From Methanobacteriota archaeon (lineage in GTDB: Archaea > Halobacteriota > Methanosarcinia > Methanosarcinales > Methanogasteraceae): DNA of 45,341 bases. Numbering within the stretch: position 1 is the stretch's first letter; the number at the start of each line of letters is the position of its first letter. Both the position numbers and the translations under genes were made by a program. Location of the stretch: assembly GCA_048634345.1 (NCBI GenBank), contig JAIWAP010000002.1, positions 1-45,341 of the forward strand, given 5' to 3'. The notes beneath the pieces were generated by a model. The model did not search any database. It saw only the letters and a list, made by a program, of their open reading frames with translations, and had not been told where the DNA came from. Shown piece by piece: positions 7,985 to 15,778 of the stretch.

Positions 7985-8633
7985 ACGATTATATGGAAGT
8001 GGAGGTTGAAGCTCATTTTCTTGGAAAATGGATGCAGCACAACAACGGCGCCCGCAGTTAACCGTCCGTTTCGCTGTTTGTGGGAAATTGTGTCGTTGAT
8101 CGCTGCAATCGCAGCATCCATCAAGACCCTCAGGATGAAACGGTTGTTTCTCACAACGGTCCACAGATCGTCCGGGATTGTAAGTACTGTGTTTCGATGA
8201 TGTACGCCCCATAACGCGTTTTGGAGAGATCTTGCCCCTATGTCTGTGTGGTTCTTGCCGCAATTCGAGCAGATACGACTGTTGCATCCGAAATGGACTA
8301 TTAATATGGTTCCGCAATGTTCGCACTGGTGAAGAAGCAGCGGCTCTCATCCTTGCAGGAGTCTGCGCAGCAGCGGCGAAGCCGGCATCTTATTGACTTC
8401 CTTGATCTCAACGTCTCTGAGGTTGTCTTTCCCTGCGAGGCGGAATGCGCCCCACTTATAGTTGTCCTCGAAAATGTGTCGTACAGTGAAGGGGTATCGG
8501 TAAGGAGACCGATGAGAACTGCGACGATGTATGTTTCGGGTGAGGGGATGTCGAGGTACACCGGATATATGTATGGTTGATCTTGGCGATAAGTAGTGCG
8601 TAAGGAGGTTTTGAGTTTATAGTGATATACCAT
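7985..8633 (-). pseudogene. truncated, frameshifted IS91-family-like transposase remnant (Zn-binding domain plus start of the Y2 transposase domain)
   Basis: Minus-strand reading CEHCGTILIVHFGCNSRICSNCGKNHTDIGARSLQNALWGVHHRNTVLTIPDDLWTVVRNNRFILRVLMDAAIAAINDT...AVVVLHPFSKKMSFNLHFHIIVAEGGF matches the IS91 pattern (CxxCG..fsCksRxCpxCg; vlHtfg...hPHiHvlvtgGG). The N-terminal part lies in another frame, and the C-terminal half of the protein is missing. Confidence 0.65.
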
Positions 8634-8640
8634 AAAAAGT

Positions 8641-8790
8641 CACAAATTTGTAGCAGTTTAGTTTCGGTTTAGTTTACTAGTACGTGATGTGCATTGCGAG
8701 CATATAACATTATAGTGCGGAAATCGTCTACAACTTTCAGGAAAAGTACAAATATCGGTGCGGTGACCTGCTAATGATCGACGAGAGGGA
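8641..8790 (-). repeat. duplicate of the rbr-like upstream (promoter) region
   Basis: tagtttactagtacgtgatgtgcattgcgagcatataacattatagtgcggaaatcgtc aligns with 13494-13555 (tagtttactgccgcagtgatatgtattgcgagtatataacattatggtgcggaaatcgtc). The IS91-like remnant separates this segment from the decayed rbr start codon at 7961. Confidence 0.6.
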
Positions 8791-8915
8791 CATGAAAATA
8801 CTATAGACGCTTCGCAAAAATTCCCGAACTCTAATTACCGAGACCACAAAGCTTATAGTGTATGAATACCCTACAGTCTCCGCAGGTGTTACAAAACCTG
8901 CAGGAGTTGGTATAA

Positions 8916-9722
8916 ATGAATATTGGAAGAAAAAGCAACTATGTCATTTTGGCAGTGTTGATGATAATCCTGCCAACATTCGTAGCAGCTTGTCCCCCCC
9001 AGGCGTCCATAGGTGACCGTGTCTGGGAGGATCTCAACGAAAACGGCGTACAGGATGATGGCGAAACTGGCATACCTGATGTCACAGTCGAACTCTACGA
9101 CTGCGATGATGTCCTGGTAGACACAACCTACACCGATTCGGAAGGTCTGTACAGCTTCACTGTCGCACCTGGCGACTACTACGTGACGTTCACGACCCCT
9201 GACGGAATGGTCTTCAGTCCGATGGATCAAGGAACGGATGATACTGTAGACAGCGATGCCGATCCTACAACCGGAAAGACTGTGTGTACCACGCTTGCAC
9301 CTGGCGAGAACAATGACACGCTTGACGCAGGAATGTATGTTATGCCACCTCCACCTGGTACCGGGACCCCTGGCTACTGGAAGAATCATCCGAAAGCATG
9401 GCCTGTCGTTGCAATCACCATCGGCGGTGTGACCTATTCAAAGGATGATGCAATAAGTTACATGAGAATGCCTGAAAAAGGTGACAAAACTTACACCATA
9501 TTCAGGGCGCTGGTTTCTGCCAAATTAAACGTACTCATCGGCAACGATGATTCCTGCATCGCAGACACCATTTCTGATGCTGATGCGTGGATGGAAACCT
9601 ACGGACCAGTCGGCAGTGGCATACATGCCAGCAGTGATGCCTGGAAGGAAGGCGAGCCGCTATATTGGGAATTGGATGACTACAATAATGGCGAGCTACC
9701 TTGCGCATTCCCACGTGACTGA
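8916..9722 (+). CDS. secreted/lipobox protein with an SdrD-B/Cna-B-like domain and a GYWKNHP-type C-terminal domain
   Basis: N-terminus NYVILAVLMIILPTFVAAC (VAAC resembles a lipobox). GDRVWEDLNENGVQDDGETGIPDVTVELYD...TDSEGLYSFTVAPGDYYVTF...DSDADPTTGKT...LDAGMY is the SdrD B-like repeat signature. The C-terminal half begins GTPGYWKNHPKAWP. Confidence 0.75.
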   Translation: MNIGRKSNYVILAVLMIILPTFVAACPPQASIGDRVWEDLNENGVQDDGETGIPDVTVELYDCDDVLVDTTYTDSEGLYSFTVAPGDYYVTFTTPDGMVFSPMDQGTDDTVDSDADPTTGKTVCTTLAPGENNDTLDAGMYVMPPPPGTGTPGYWKNHPKAWPVVAITIGGVTYSKDDAISYMRMPEKGDKTYTIFRALVSAKLNVLIGNDDSCIADTISDADAWMETYGPVGSGIHASSDAWKEGEPLYWELDDYNNGELPCAFPRD

Positions 9723-9749
9723 AGCAAAACCAGTGAAACAACGAAGGTT

Positions 9750-9786
9750 ACTCAGGCTCAGCCTGAGTTACTTTTTTTCTTTTTTG
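9750..9786 (+). terminator. hairpin plus oligo-T terminator after the 8916-9722 gene
   Basis: actcaggct-c-agcctgagt (9750-9768), followed by tacTTTTTTTCTTTTTTg (9772-9786). Confidence 0.6.
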
Positions 9787-10365
9787 TAATTGTGTAGCTT
9801 AGCCTCAGGACTTTCTCTTACAATCTCGCCCCATTCCGATTTTTTGAGGGTACATGAACATTGACCGCGAACTTTGCATCGATTATATCTTTGCTCAATT
9901 ACCGCAGCCATCTTCTCATTGTTGACCCGCACGGTGTCGTAGACCGCGATCGCGGTATCGTTTGGCTCTGTTCTTGCCGAATCCAAGATAATTATGATAC
10001 CATCAGACAGTACCCAGTCATCACCGATCCCGCGAAAACTCAGATACAACTCAGTCTCTCGTCGGAATCACTGTTTAACCAACGCATCCACTCGATGTTA
10101 CACTGCGTTTGAGTTAGTTTTCTGCTGTGAAATTGGTTGTGACCGGCACAATCGAAAAATCCAGTGAAATCACCACATCCTTAAATTTTACCGCAGAGCA
10201 CGCCGAGAACGAAGAGACTCGAATCGGTCTTAAAACTCTTGTACCCTATCTCGCTCTCCGCGTGCGATAAATCACTGACTTTTTAGACAGTGCCTCTCGA
10301 ACGTTTTAGAAGTAATTCCATTCCTTACAGAAGAAATTGCAAGAGTGGATCAAAAACGCAACCGA

Positions 10366-10403
10366 AATAAAATAAAAAAAGAGTGGATGGGCATAGCCAT
10401 CCA
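10366..10403 (-). terminator. hairpin plus oligo-T terminator after the cytochrome gene
   Basis: Stem tggatgg (10384-10390) / ccatcca (10397-10403). On the minus strand it is followed by TTTTTTTATTTTATTT (plus-strand 10366-10380). It lies 20 nt downstream of the stop at 10423. Confidence 0.55.
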
Positions 10404-10422
10404 TCCCTCAATCTCAATCGAT

Positions 10423-11991
10423 TCAGTTCCGCCTCTGCAGCAGATACGCTACAGCCATAAGCCCGCCGAGTGCCGGAATAATCCCGAAACCGGGTGTGGA
10501 TGCGGCTGAGTCGCCGGCACCTTCGCCAGCTCCGATCCCTGTTCCTGCCTTCGCGTTGAAATCAGCGAGATTCAGGCTCTCGCCCGGTTTTGTTGCGCTG
10601 ATCAGGTTTCCTGATGCGTCCTTCTCGACATCGTATCCGAGCGCCTCAAAGTCGATGACGTGATCTTCGTGACAGTCCTTGCAGGTCAACGCTTCGTCCT
10701 TTGGCGAGACCCCGTGGAAGAGCCCCATGTACCGTTTGGCGTTCACATACTGAATCGGGTCATATATCTTGCCGGTCGCCTCAAAGAGTGCCTGAGTCAT
10801 GTTGTCGGTCTTCTTAACAGTCATGACTGTGAATGGCAGCATGTATGTACCGTCCCACGGCTGTCTGCCAAGATGCAGTCTTGCCGCATAAATCTTTGAC
10901 GCAGGATTATCGATTCCACCGACTGGCTTTGCCATCATCACAAATCCGTCGCTATCTGGCACTGCCGGGTCTGCGATGTCCAGTATCTCAGACCATCTGT
11001 TCCACCAGACATGAATCGGTGCAGGGTTGCTCTCACGCACGAGCGTCTCGTGATACATATCCCCCGCACCAAGATGCCGGTTCCCCCAGTCACGGGAGAT
11101 CTCAACGGTCTGCTCCTTGCCATACGATGTGACGTGGCAGGCTGTGCAGTAGATCCTGTCCGTGTGTTGGTTGTACATCGAACCCTCGTAATGCGGTTCA
11201 CTGCCGTGACAGCTCTTACCGGCGCAAGTGACCAGGAAATCGGTATCATCGACCCGCATGTCCATGCCTCTGCCTGACACATGGTGGTCTACGAAGACGT
11301 GACAGTCCTGGCAGGTCATGCCAGCGCTCATGTGGACATCGAGGTCTCGTGAGACCTCATCTGCACTCATCGCAAGCTCGAGATCGCCCCGCTTGTTGTT
11401 GTCGCCGCCGCCCGCTGTTGCATGGCAGCGCAGGCACATCTCACGCGTGGGCAGTCCGACACCGCGGGCTGCTGCGGTCGCATCGATCGACGGATCAGGA
11501 CCGGTAGAAGTCTTCTTGTAGTTCGGTGCGTGGCAGATCAGGCAGTCGATCTTCTCAACCGAAAAATCGTTCTCGAATAAGCCATAGCCTGCATGGCATT
11601 TGCCACAGAGGGCGTCATTCGATTCGGTGCCCACGCAGAACTCATTCACACCCACGAGTTTGCCAGTCATCTCGCCTTCCTTTCCGACGACGTGTTCCGC
11701 CTCGCCCATCCACGTGTTGTGGATCGAGGTTACGAAGCCCTCACCTTCTTCTTGGTGGCACGCAAGACAGGTCTCAGCACCGGTGTATTCATCGATGCCG
11801 GCATGTGTCCCTTCAGCCGCAGATGCGGTTGACGCAATTAGCAGACAGAAAAGCAGAACAACTGGAAACCTCACCGCTGCGATATGGCGCAGGGATGGGG
11901 TGGTCGCATTTTGTGTATTTATTGTCAATTCCTCCTTTCGGTATATCTGTGTAGACATTACGATTTTAGTAATTATATCTACGTTATACAC
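10423..11991 (-). CDS. octahaem c-type cytochrome with signal peptide and PGF-CTERM archaeosortase anchor
   Basis: Haem motifs: CLACH, CGKCH, CLICH, CLRCH, CQDCH, CTACH, CKDCH plus CAGKSCH (CX4CH). Signal-like RFPVVLLFCLLIASTASA/AEG. The C-terminus reads AGTGIGAGEGAGDSAAST-PGF-GIIPALGGLMAVAYLL-QRRN. The start is uncertain: GTG 11991, ATG 11958, TTG 11928 (2 nt after AGGAGG) or GTG 11874. Confidence 0.85.
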   Translation of the reverse strand: MYNVDIITKIVMSTQIYRKEELTINTQNATTPSLRHIAAVRFPVVLLFCLLIASTASAAEGTHAGIDEYTGAETCLACHQEEGEGFVTSIHNTWMGEAEHVVGKEGEMTGKLVGVNEFCVGTESNDALCGKCHAGYGLFENDFSVEKIDCLICHAPNYKKTSTGPDPSIDATAAARGVGLPTREMCLRCHATAGGGDNNKRGDLELAMSADEVSRDLDVHMSAGMTCQDCHVFVDHHVSGRGMDMRVDDTDFLVTCAGKSCHGSEPHYEGSMYNQHTDRIYCTACHVTSYGKEQTVEISRDWGNRHLGAGDMYHETLVRESNPAPIHVWWNRWSEILDIADPAVPDSDGFVMMAKPVGGIDNPASKIYAARLHLGRQPWDGTYMLPFTVMTVKKTDNMTQALFEATGKIYDPIQYVNAKRYMGLFHGVSPKDEALTCKDCHEDHVIDFEALGYDVEKDASGNLISATKPGESLNLADFNAKAGTGIGAGEGAGDSAASTPGFGIIPALGGLMAVAYLLQRRN

Positions 11992-12036
11992 AATGCTGTT
12001 ACGATAAACTATTTTAATCTTTGGCGAGATTCGCGG

Positions 12037-12375
12037 TCACAGCACCCGCGTCTTCTCCTTCGGTCTTGGCGTCTTCACGACGAGGAAACGAAACACCGAC
12101 TCGCTTTCATTAAGCAGACGGTGCGGAACTCGGGAAGGACTCTCGATGAACTGATCTGCCACGACCTCCTCGCGTTCGTCGCCGATCTCAACGACGCCGC
12201 GTCCTTCGAGTATGTAGAAGAAGACGTCAACCGGAGTTGCGTGGAGTTTCAACGCCTCGCCGGGCTGCAACGTGATGTGTACTGCCTGGACATGCTCGGT
12301 GTCATGAATCATCGACGCATGAACACCGTGCGGGTTTGGGGATACAGGTGCGCTTATTGCATCGACGATCTTCAT
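12037..12375 (-). CDS. cupin domain protein
   Basis: 112 aa. HITLQPGEALKLHATPVDVFFYILEGRGVVEIGDE...PSRVPHRLLNES fits the two-motif cupin pattern. Its start overlaps the stop of the upstream gene (TGATG, shared nt 12375). Confidence 0.75.
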   Translation of the reverse strand: MKIVDAISAPVSPNPHGVHASMIHDTEHVQAVHITLQPGEALKLHATPVDVFFYILEGRGVVEIGDEREEVVADQFIESPSRVPHRLLNESESVFRFLVVKTPRPKEKTRVL

Positions 12376-13055
12376 CAGAGCACTCCTTTCGTAAACTCCT
12401 CAAACCCGATCCGGTCGATGAAGTCGCCGATCCGCTCCTTTGGCTTTGCATTCGCGGTGTAGTAGTCAAAGACGCTCTGTGCAACCTTCTTCGCATCATC
12501 AATCGACTCGACGTAGGTCAACTCCTTTGCGATCCTCGGCTTCTTGCCAGCCTCGCCTCCGACAACCACCTTGAAGCCGTTCTTGAAGCCGAAGAAACCG
12601 AGGTCCTTAACCCATGACTCGCCGCAGCAGTTCGGACATCCTGATACGCCGATCTTGAACTTCGCTGGAAGGTTCATGCCGTGATACGCATCATGCAAAG
12701 CCATCCCGAGACCGAGGCTGTCTGAGATGCCTTTCTTGCAGAAGGTGGTTCCAGGGCAGGTCTTGACGCTCCGGACGCAGAGCCCGATTGCAGCACCTGG
12801 GCTCATCCCGAGGTCATTCCATGCGGAATCGATGTCTTCTTCCTTCAAGCCCACAATGACCATCCGCTGTGCGCTTGTTATCTTTATCGCGGCTGCACCG
12901 TACTTCTCTGCGACTTCCGCAATCTTTCGCAGGGTATCTGGCGAGACCACGCCTGCCGGAGTGTCCGGCGCTATCGCATAAGTCTCTCTATCTCTCTGCA
13001 CGACTGCTCCCTTCTCCGGTATGTCGTTCTTCTTCTCGTTACTCATCTTTATCAC
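12375..13055 (-). CDS. small (~25 kDa) siroheme-type sulfite/nitrite reductase (alSir / P590 / Dsr-LP-like)
   Basis: NiR/SiR ferredoxin-like half-domain (AIKITSAQRMVIVGL). Cys clusters CVRSVKTCPGTTFC and GCPNCC are arranged as in siroheme-[4Fe-4S] enzymes. The C-terminal half of Fsr in this window is paralogous in layout. The start is GTG 13055 or ATG 13046. Confidence 0.8.
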   Translation of the reverse strand: MIKMSNEKKNDIPEKGAVVQRDRETYAIAPDTPAGVVSPDTLRKIAEVAEKYGAAAIKITSAQRMVIVGLKEEDIDSAWNDLGMSPGAAIGLCVRSVKTCPGTTFCKKGISDSLGLGMALHDAYHGMNLPAKFKIGVSGCPNCCGESWVKDLGFFGFKNGFKVVVGGEAGKKPRIAKELTYVESIDDAKKVAQSVFDYYTANAKPKERIGDFIDRIGFEEFTKGVL

Positions 13056-13067
13056 ATCTCTGTGTTT

Positions 13068-13451
13068 TCACCATCCATGCGCATCGAATCGCATGAGAAT
13101 TCCTTTCAGCCCTGCTTTATGCCGGGCTTCGTCCTTTGATGCTCGCTCGAAGAACCGAGCCGCATCGATGTTGCCTTCCGCTTCGGCTGCCTTCGCAGCG
13201 TCCGCTTTCTCGGTTTCAGCCATGGTCTCGCCTTTGAGCATCATCTCGAGGTTTGCCTTAGTGTCGCCGATCATGCCGAGTATCTCTGCAATCTCTGCGG
13301 CATGCCATGACTCGTCCATCGCGAGCTGCCTGAAGTACATGGCTGCGGTGTGATGTCCTTCGCGCTCTGCCTGCTTTGACATCGCAAGGTAGAGCCCGAC
13401 CTCTGTTGTCTCTCCCTTGAAGTGTGCTTTGAGTTCGTCTTTCGTTGCCAT
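13068..13451 (-). CDS. rubrerythrin/ferritin-like diiron protein without a rubredoxin domain
   Basis: 127 aa. ETTEVGLYLAMSKQAEREGH and ETMAETEKADAAKAAE...EARH contain repeated E...ExxH-type helices of the rubrerythrin four-helix bundle. SD AGGAGGT upstream of the ATG at 13451. Confidence 0.8.
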   Translation of the reverse strand: MATKDELKAHFKGETTEVGLYLAMSKQAEREGHHTAAMYFRQLAMDESWHAAEIAEILGMIGDTKANLEMMLKGETMAETEKADAAKAAEAEGNIDAARFFERASKDEARHKAGLKGILMRFDAHGW

Positions 13452-13560
13452 TTAGAGACCTCCTACATTGTTAGATGGTTGCGTAAACCTTTTAATAGTT
13501 TACTGCCGCAGTGATATGTATTGCGAGTATATAACATTATGGTGCGGAAATCGTCCATAA
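13452..13560 (-). promoter_or_regulatory. promoter/operator region of the rbr-like operon (conserved in the decayed copy)
   Basis: Minus-strand TATA-like ctattaaaag (13487-13496) and ttatatac (13527-13534). The segment 13494-13555 is conserved with 8660-8720 even though the coding part of that copy has decayed. Confidence 0.45.
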
Positions 13561-13877
13561 ATCCCTGCAAAAGTACGAAGATCAATATGGTGATGCGCAA
13601 TTTGACGAAAGAGACACGTTGATCCCAGACATATTTCGTGAGAACGCACGCAAACCGCAAACCGCAAACCGAGATCGCTGCGAGACCCCGGATCCCATAG
13701 CAGTGTTACTGGATTTTTCGGTCAGATTCTCAGTGCCCCCAATTGATACTGGTCCCAAAATGTTACTGCGAACTGTCCGGTTTTTGGGAATAGTGAACTG
13801 TGAACTATTCACCAAACACAGGATCTGCCGGGGTATGAAGGTTTTTTTGAATGGTATGTGTTTAGCTGAGGCGAAAA

Positions 13878-13999
13878 AACCACGAGATTTCACGAGATTG
13901 ACACAAGAAGATGGTAGTACCAAGATATTGGTGATATGTTTGCATGTTATATCCTGCCTCCTCCTACTTTCTCGTGGAAATCTGTGCAATCTTGTGGTT
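13878..13999. repeat. MITE-like palindromic element built from CACRAGATT words
   Basis: Terminal inverted repeats aaccacgagatt (13878-13889) and aatcttgtggtt (13988-13999) match at 11 of 12 positions. Internal words cacgagattt and cacgagattg occur in tandem. The right end (ctcgtggaaatctgtgcaatcttgtggtt) is nearly identical to 25270-25298. Confidence 0.55.
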
Positions 14000-14176
14000 A
14001 GCTAAACACGTACTGCAAAACGTTGCGCCCTCGGGATAGTGCAGCCAAAATTCAAGGAGCCGCCCTCGTTTTTGAAGATATCCGTATCTTATACTGCCCG
14101 CCACCGGTAGGCAGACCGAGTTCAAACCTGAGCAGATGCATCCTATCCAAATCACGCCTTTTCATGTACGCCCTAT

Positions 14177-15733
14177 TTATGCGTCAACCCCCCCAGTGAT
14201 CTTCAGCGCATACCGTAAGCCCTCCTGTATCGACCGCCTTGTCACCAGTTCTGACATATCAATGCCAAGATCAACAAGCGTATGTGCAGACTCAGGTCGC
14301 ACTCCCGTGATGATGCACCCTGCGCCGAGCAGTTGCGCAGCTCTGACGATCTTGATCAGTTGACCCGTCACATACGTGTTGATCTCATGAACGCCTGTCA
14401 CATCAAGTATCACGACGTCTGACTGTGTCCTCGTGATCTCGGTTAGAAGCGTCTCCATGATGATTCCAATCCTGTGTTCATCGATCATTCCGATGAGCGG
14501 CAGCGCAAGGATTCCGTCCCAGACCGCAACAACCGGTGCGGACAGGTCCTCCTGCGAGATTCGCAGTTTTTCGACGAGTTCCTTTAAGTATTCTTCCGAT
14601 TCTACAAGTTTTTTCGTCCGCTTCTCGACCTGCGACTCAAGGCTTATACTGTACTCCTCCAGTTCCATCCTTGATCTCCTGATCTCACCAGTCATCTCAT
14701 CAAAGGATCTTGAGAGATCCCCGATCTCATCTTCCGCATCTGTCCCGACTCTTTGATCCAGGTTCCCGCTCTTCACCTCTTCAACACCTCTGGAAAGTTT
14801 CAAAATCGGCTCTGTTATCGTTCCGGCAAGCATCATGGAAACTATGGTGCCTGCAATCAGGAGAACCGCAACAACCACCATCGTTACGCGCGTTAGCCCG
14901 GCAACCGGTGCGAGTGCTTCTTCCTCATTCATCTCTGCAACCAGCACCCACTCCGTCCCTGATATGTGCTTATGAACCTGGAGGACATCGGCACCCAGAT
15001 AATTCGTGGTCAAGACCGCGGTATGTCTACAACCATCTCTCCCTGTGTGTTTCATCTCACTGGCTTTCGTCTTTAAAACGGCATCCTCTACAAACCTCGA
15101 TGGCGTTATCATGTAGCCGTCACAGTTTACGAGGTATATCTCACCGGTTTCACCGAGACCGGTTCTTTCTGTTGTGATCGCGAATAATCCCTTTTCAGTG
15201 TCAAAATTTAGCACAAGAACTCCCGAAAATTCACCGTTCACCAGAATTGGTGCTGATGCGCTGATAACAGTGTTTCCGTTGGATATGGCGGTGCGGAGGT
15301 CTCCGATGTAAACCCCGTTTTTACCCTTCAAGAAGAAGTCGTCGGTGCTCCTGTCAAGCCCGACATCAGCACGACTGGACGTAATCACTGTGCCGTTTTT
15401 ATCCAGCACCCTGACCCTTGAAATCTCGTCATGAGACTGTATTACACTTTTTATCCTGCGATTAGCCTGCTCCATTCTCAACGCATGATCCTTACTTTCA
15501 TCTACTGCATCTCTAAAGGAATTTTCTGTCGCCATCATCCCGGTGAGCGCCCTGTACCCAATTAAATCAGTCTCGACGTGATCCGCTCTCGACTGCGCAG
15601 TTGACTCCAGATGAAGGTAAACCTCCTCTTCAAGCATATTCTCTGCGATGCTCTGGCTGACCACGATCGTGGTAACGCCTGTTACCATGATGAGTGCAAT
15701 CGTGATTGCAAAGATCTTTATCTGTATCTTCAT
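14177..15733 (-). CDS. membrane sensor: dCache-like periplasmic domain, HAMP, coiled coil, RsbR-type STAS domain
   Basis: TM1 IFAITIALIMVTGVTTIVV, a ~270-aa extracytoplasmic region, TM2 VTMVVVAVLLIAGTIVSMML, and HAMP (PILKLSRGVEEVKSGNLDQRV...IGDLSRSFDEMT). C-terminal STAS: LSAPVVAVWDGILALPLIGMIDEHRIGIIMETLL...VVILDVTGVHEINTYVTGQLIKIVRAAQLLGAGCIITGVRPESAHTLVDLG. ATG 15733 is preferred over GTG 15769. Confidence 0.8.
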   Translation of the reverse strand: MKIQIKIFAITIALIMVTGVTTIVVSQSIAENMLEEEVYLHLESTAQSRADHVETDLIGYRALTGMMATENSFRDAVDESKDHALRMEQANRRIKSVIQSHDEISRVRVLDKNGTVITSSRADVGLDRSTDDFFLKGKNGVYIGDLRTAISNGNTVISASAPILVNGEFSGVLVLNFDTEKGLFAITTERTGLGETGEIYLVNCDGYMITPSRFVEDAVLKTKASEMKHTGRDGCRHTAVLTTNYLGADVLQVHKHISGTEWVLVAEMNEEEALAPVAGLTRVTMVVVAVLLIAGTIVSMMLAGTITEPILKLSRGVEEVKSGNLDQRVGTDAEDEIGDLSRSFDEMTGEIRRSRMELEEYSISLESQVEKRTKKLVESEEYLKELVEKLRISQEDLSAPVVAVWDGILALPLIGMIDEHRIGIIMETLLTEITRTQSDVVILDVTGVHEINTYVTGQLIKIVRAAQLLGAGCIITGVRPESAHTLVDLGIDMSELVTRRSIQEGLRYALKITGGVDA

Positions 15734-15778
15734 CCGCCCAGCCCCCGACCAACTCCGAATCCGGAACACTACAAACCA

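Noticed and set aside
7727-8350. 207-aa minus-strand ORF that looks like an intact gene
   Set aside because: It is a chimera that reads through the reductase tail remnant, the rbr remnant and an out-of-frame part of the IS91-like remnant. Only the last ~50 residues resemble a real protein.
9768-10049. 93-aa minus-strand ORF between the SdrD-like gene and the cytochrome gene
   Set aside because: It has only a TTG start and no SD. Its C-terminal KKEKK is simply the terminator T-run of the convergent gene read backwards. It may be a gene remnant, but the evidence is insufficient.
10423-11991. Direct assignment of the octahaem cytochrome as an MccA-type sulfite reductase
   Set aside because: The diagnostic long CX15CH haem motif of MccA is not present; the only non-canonical site is CX4CH. 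The functional link to sulfite is therefore only by gene neighbourhood.
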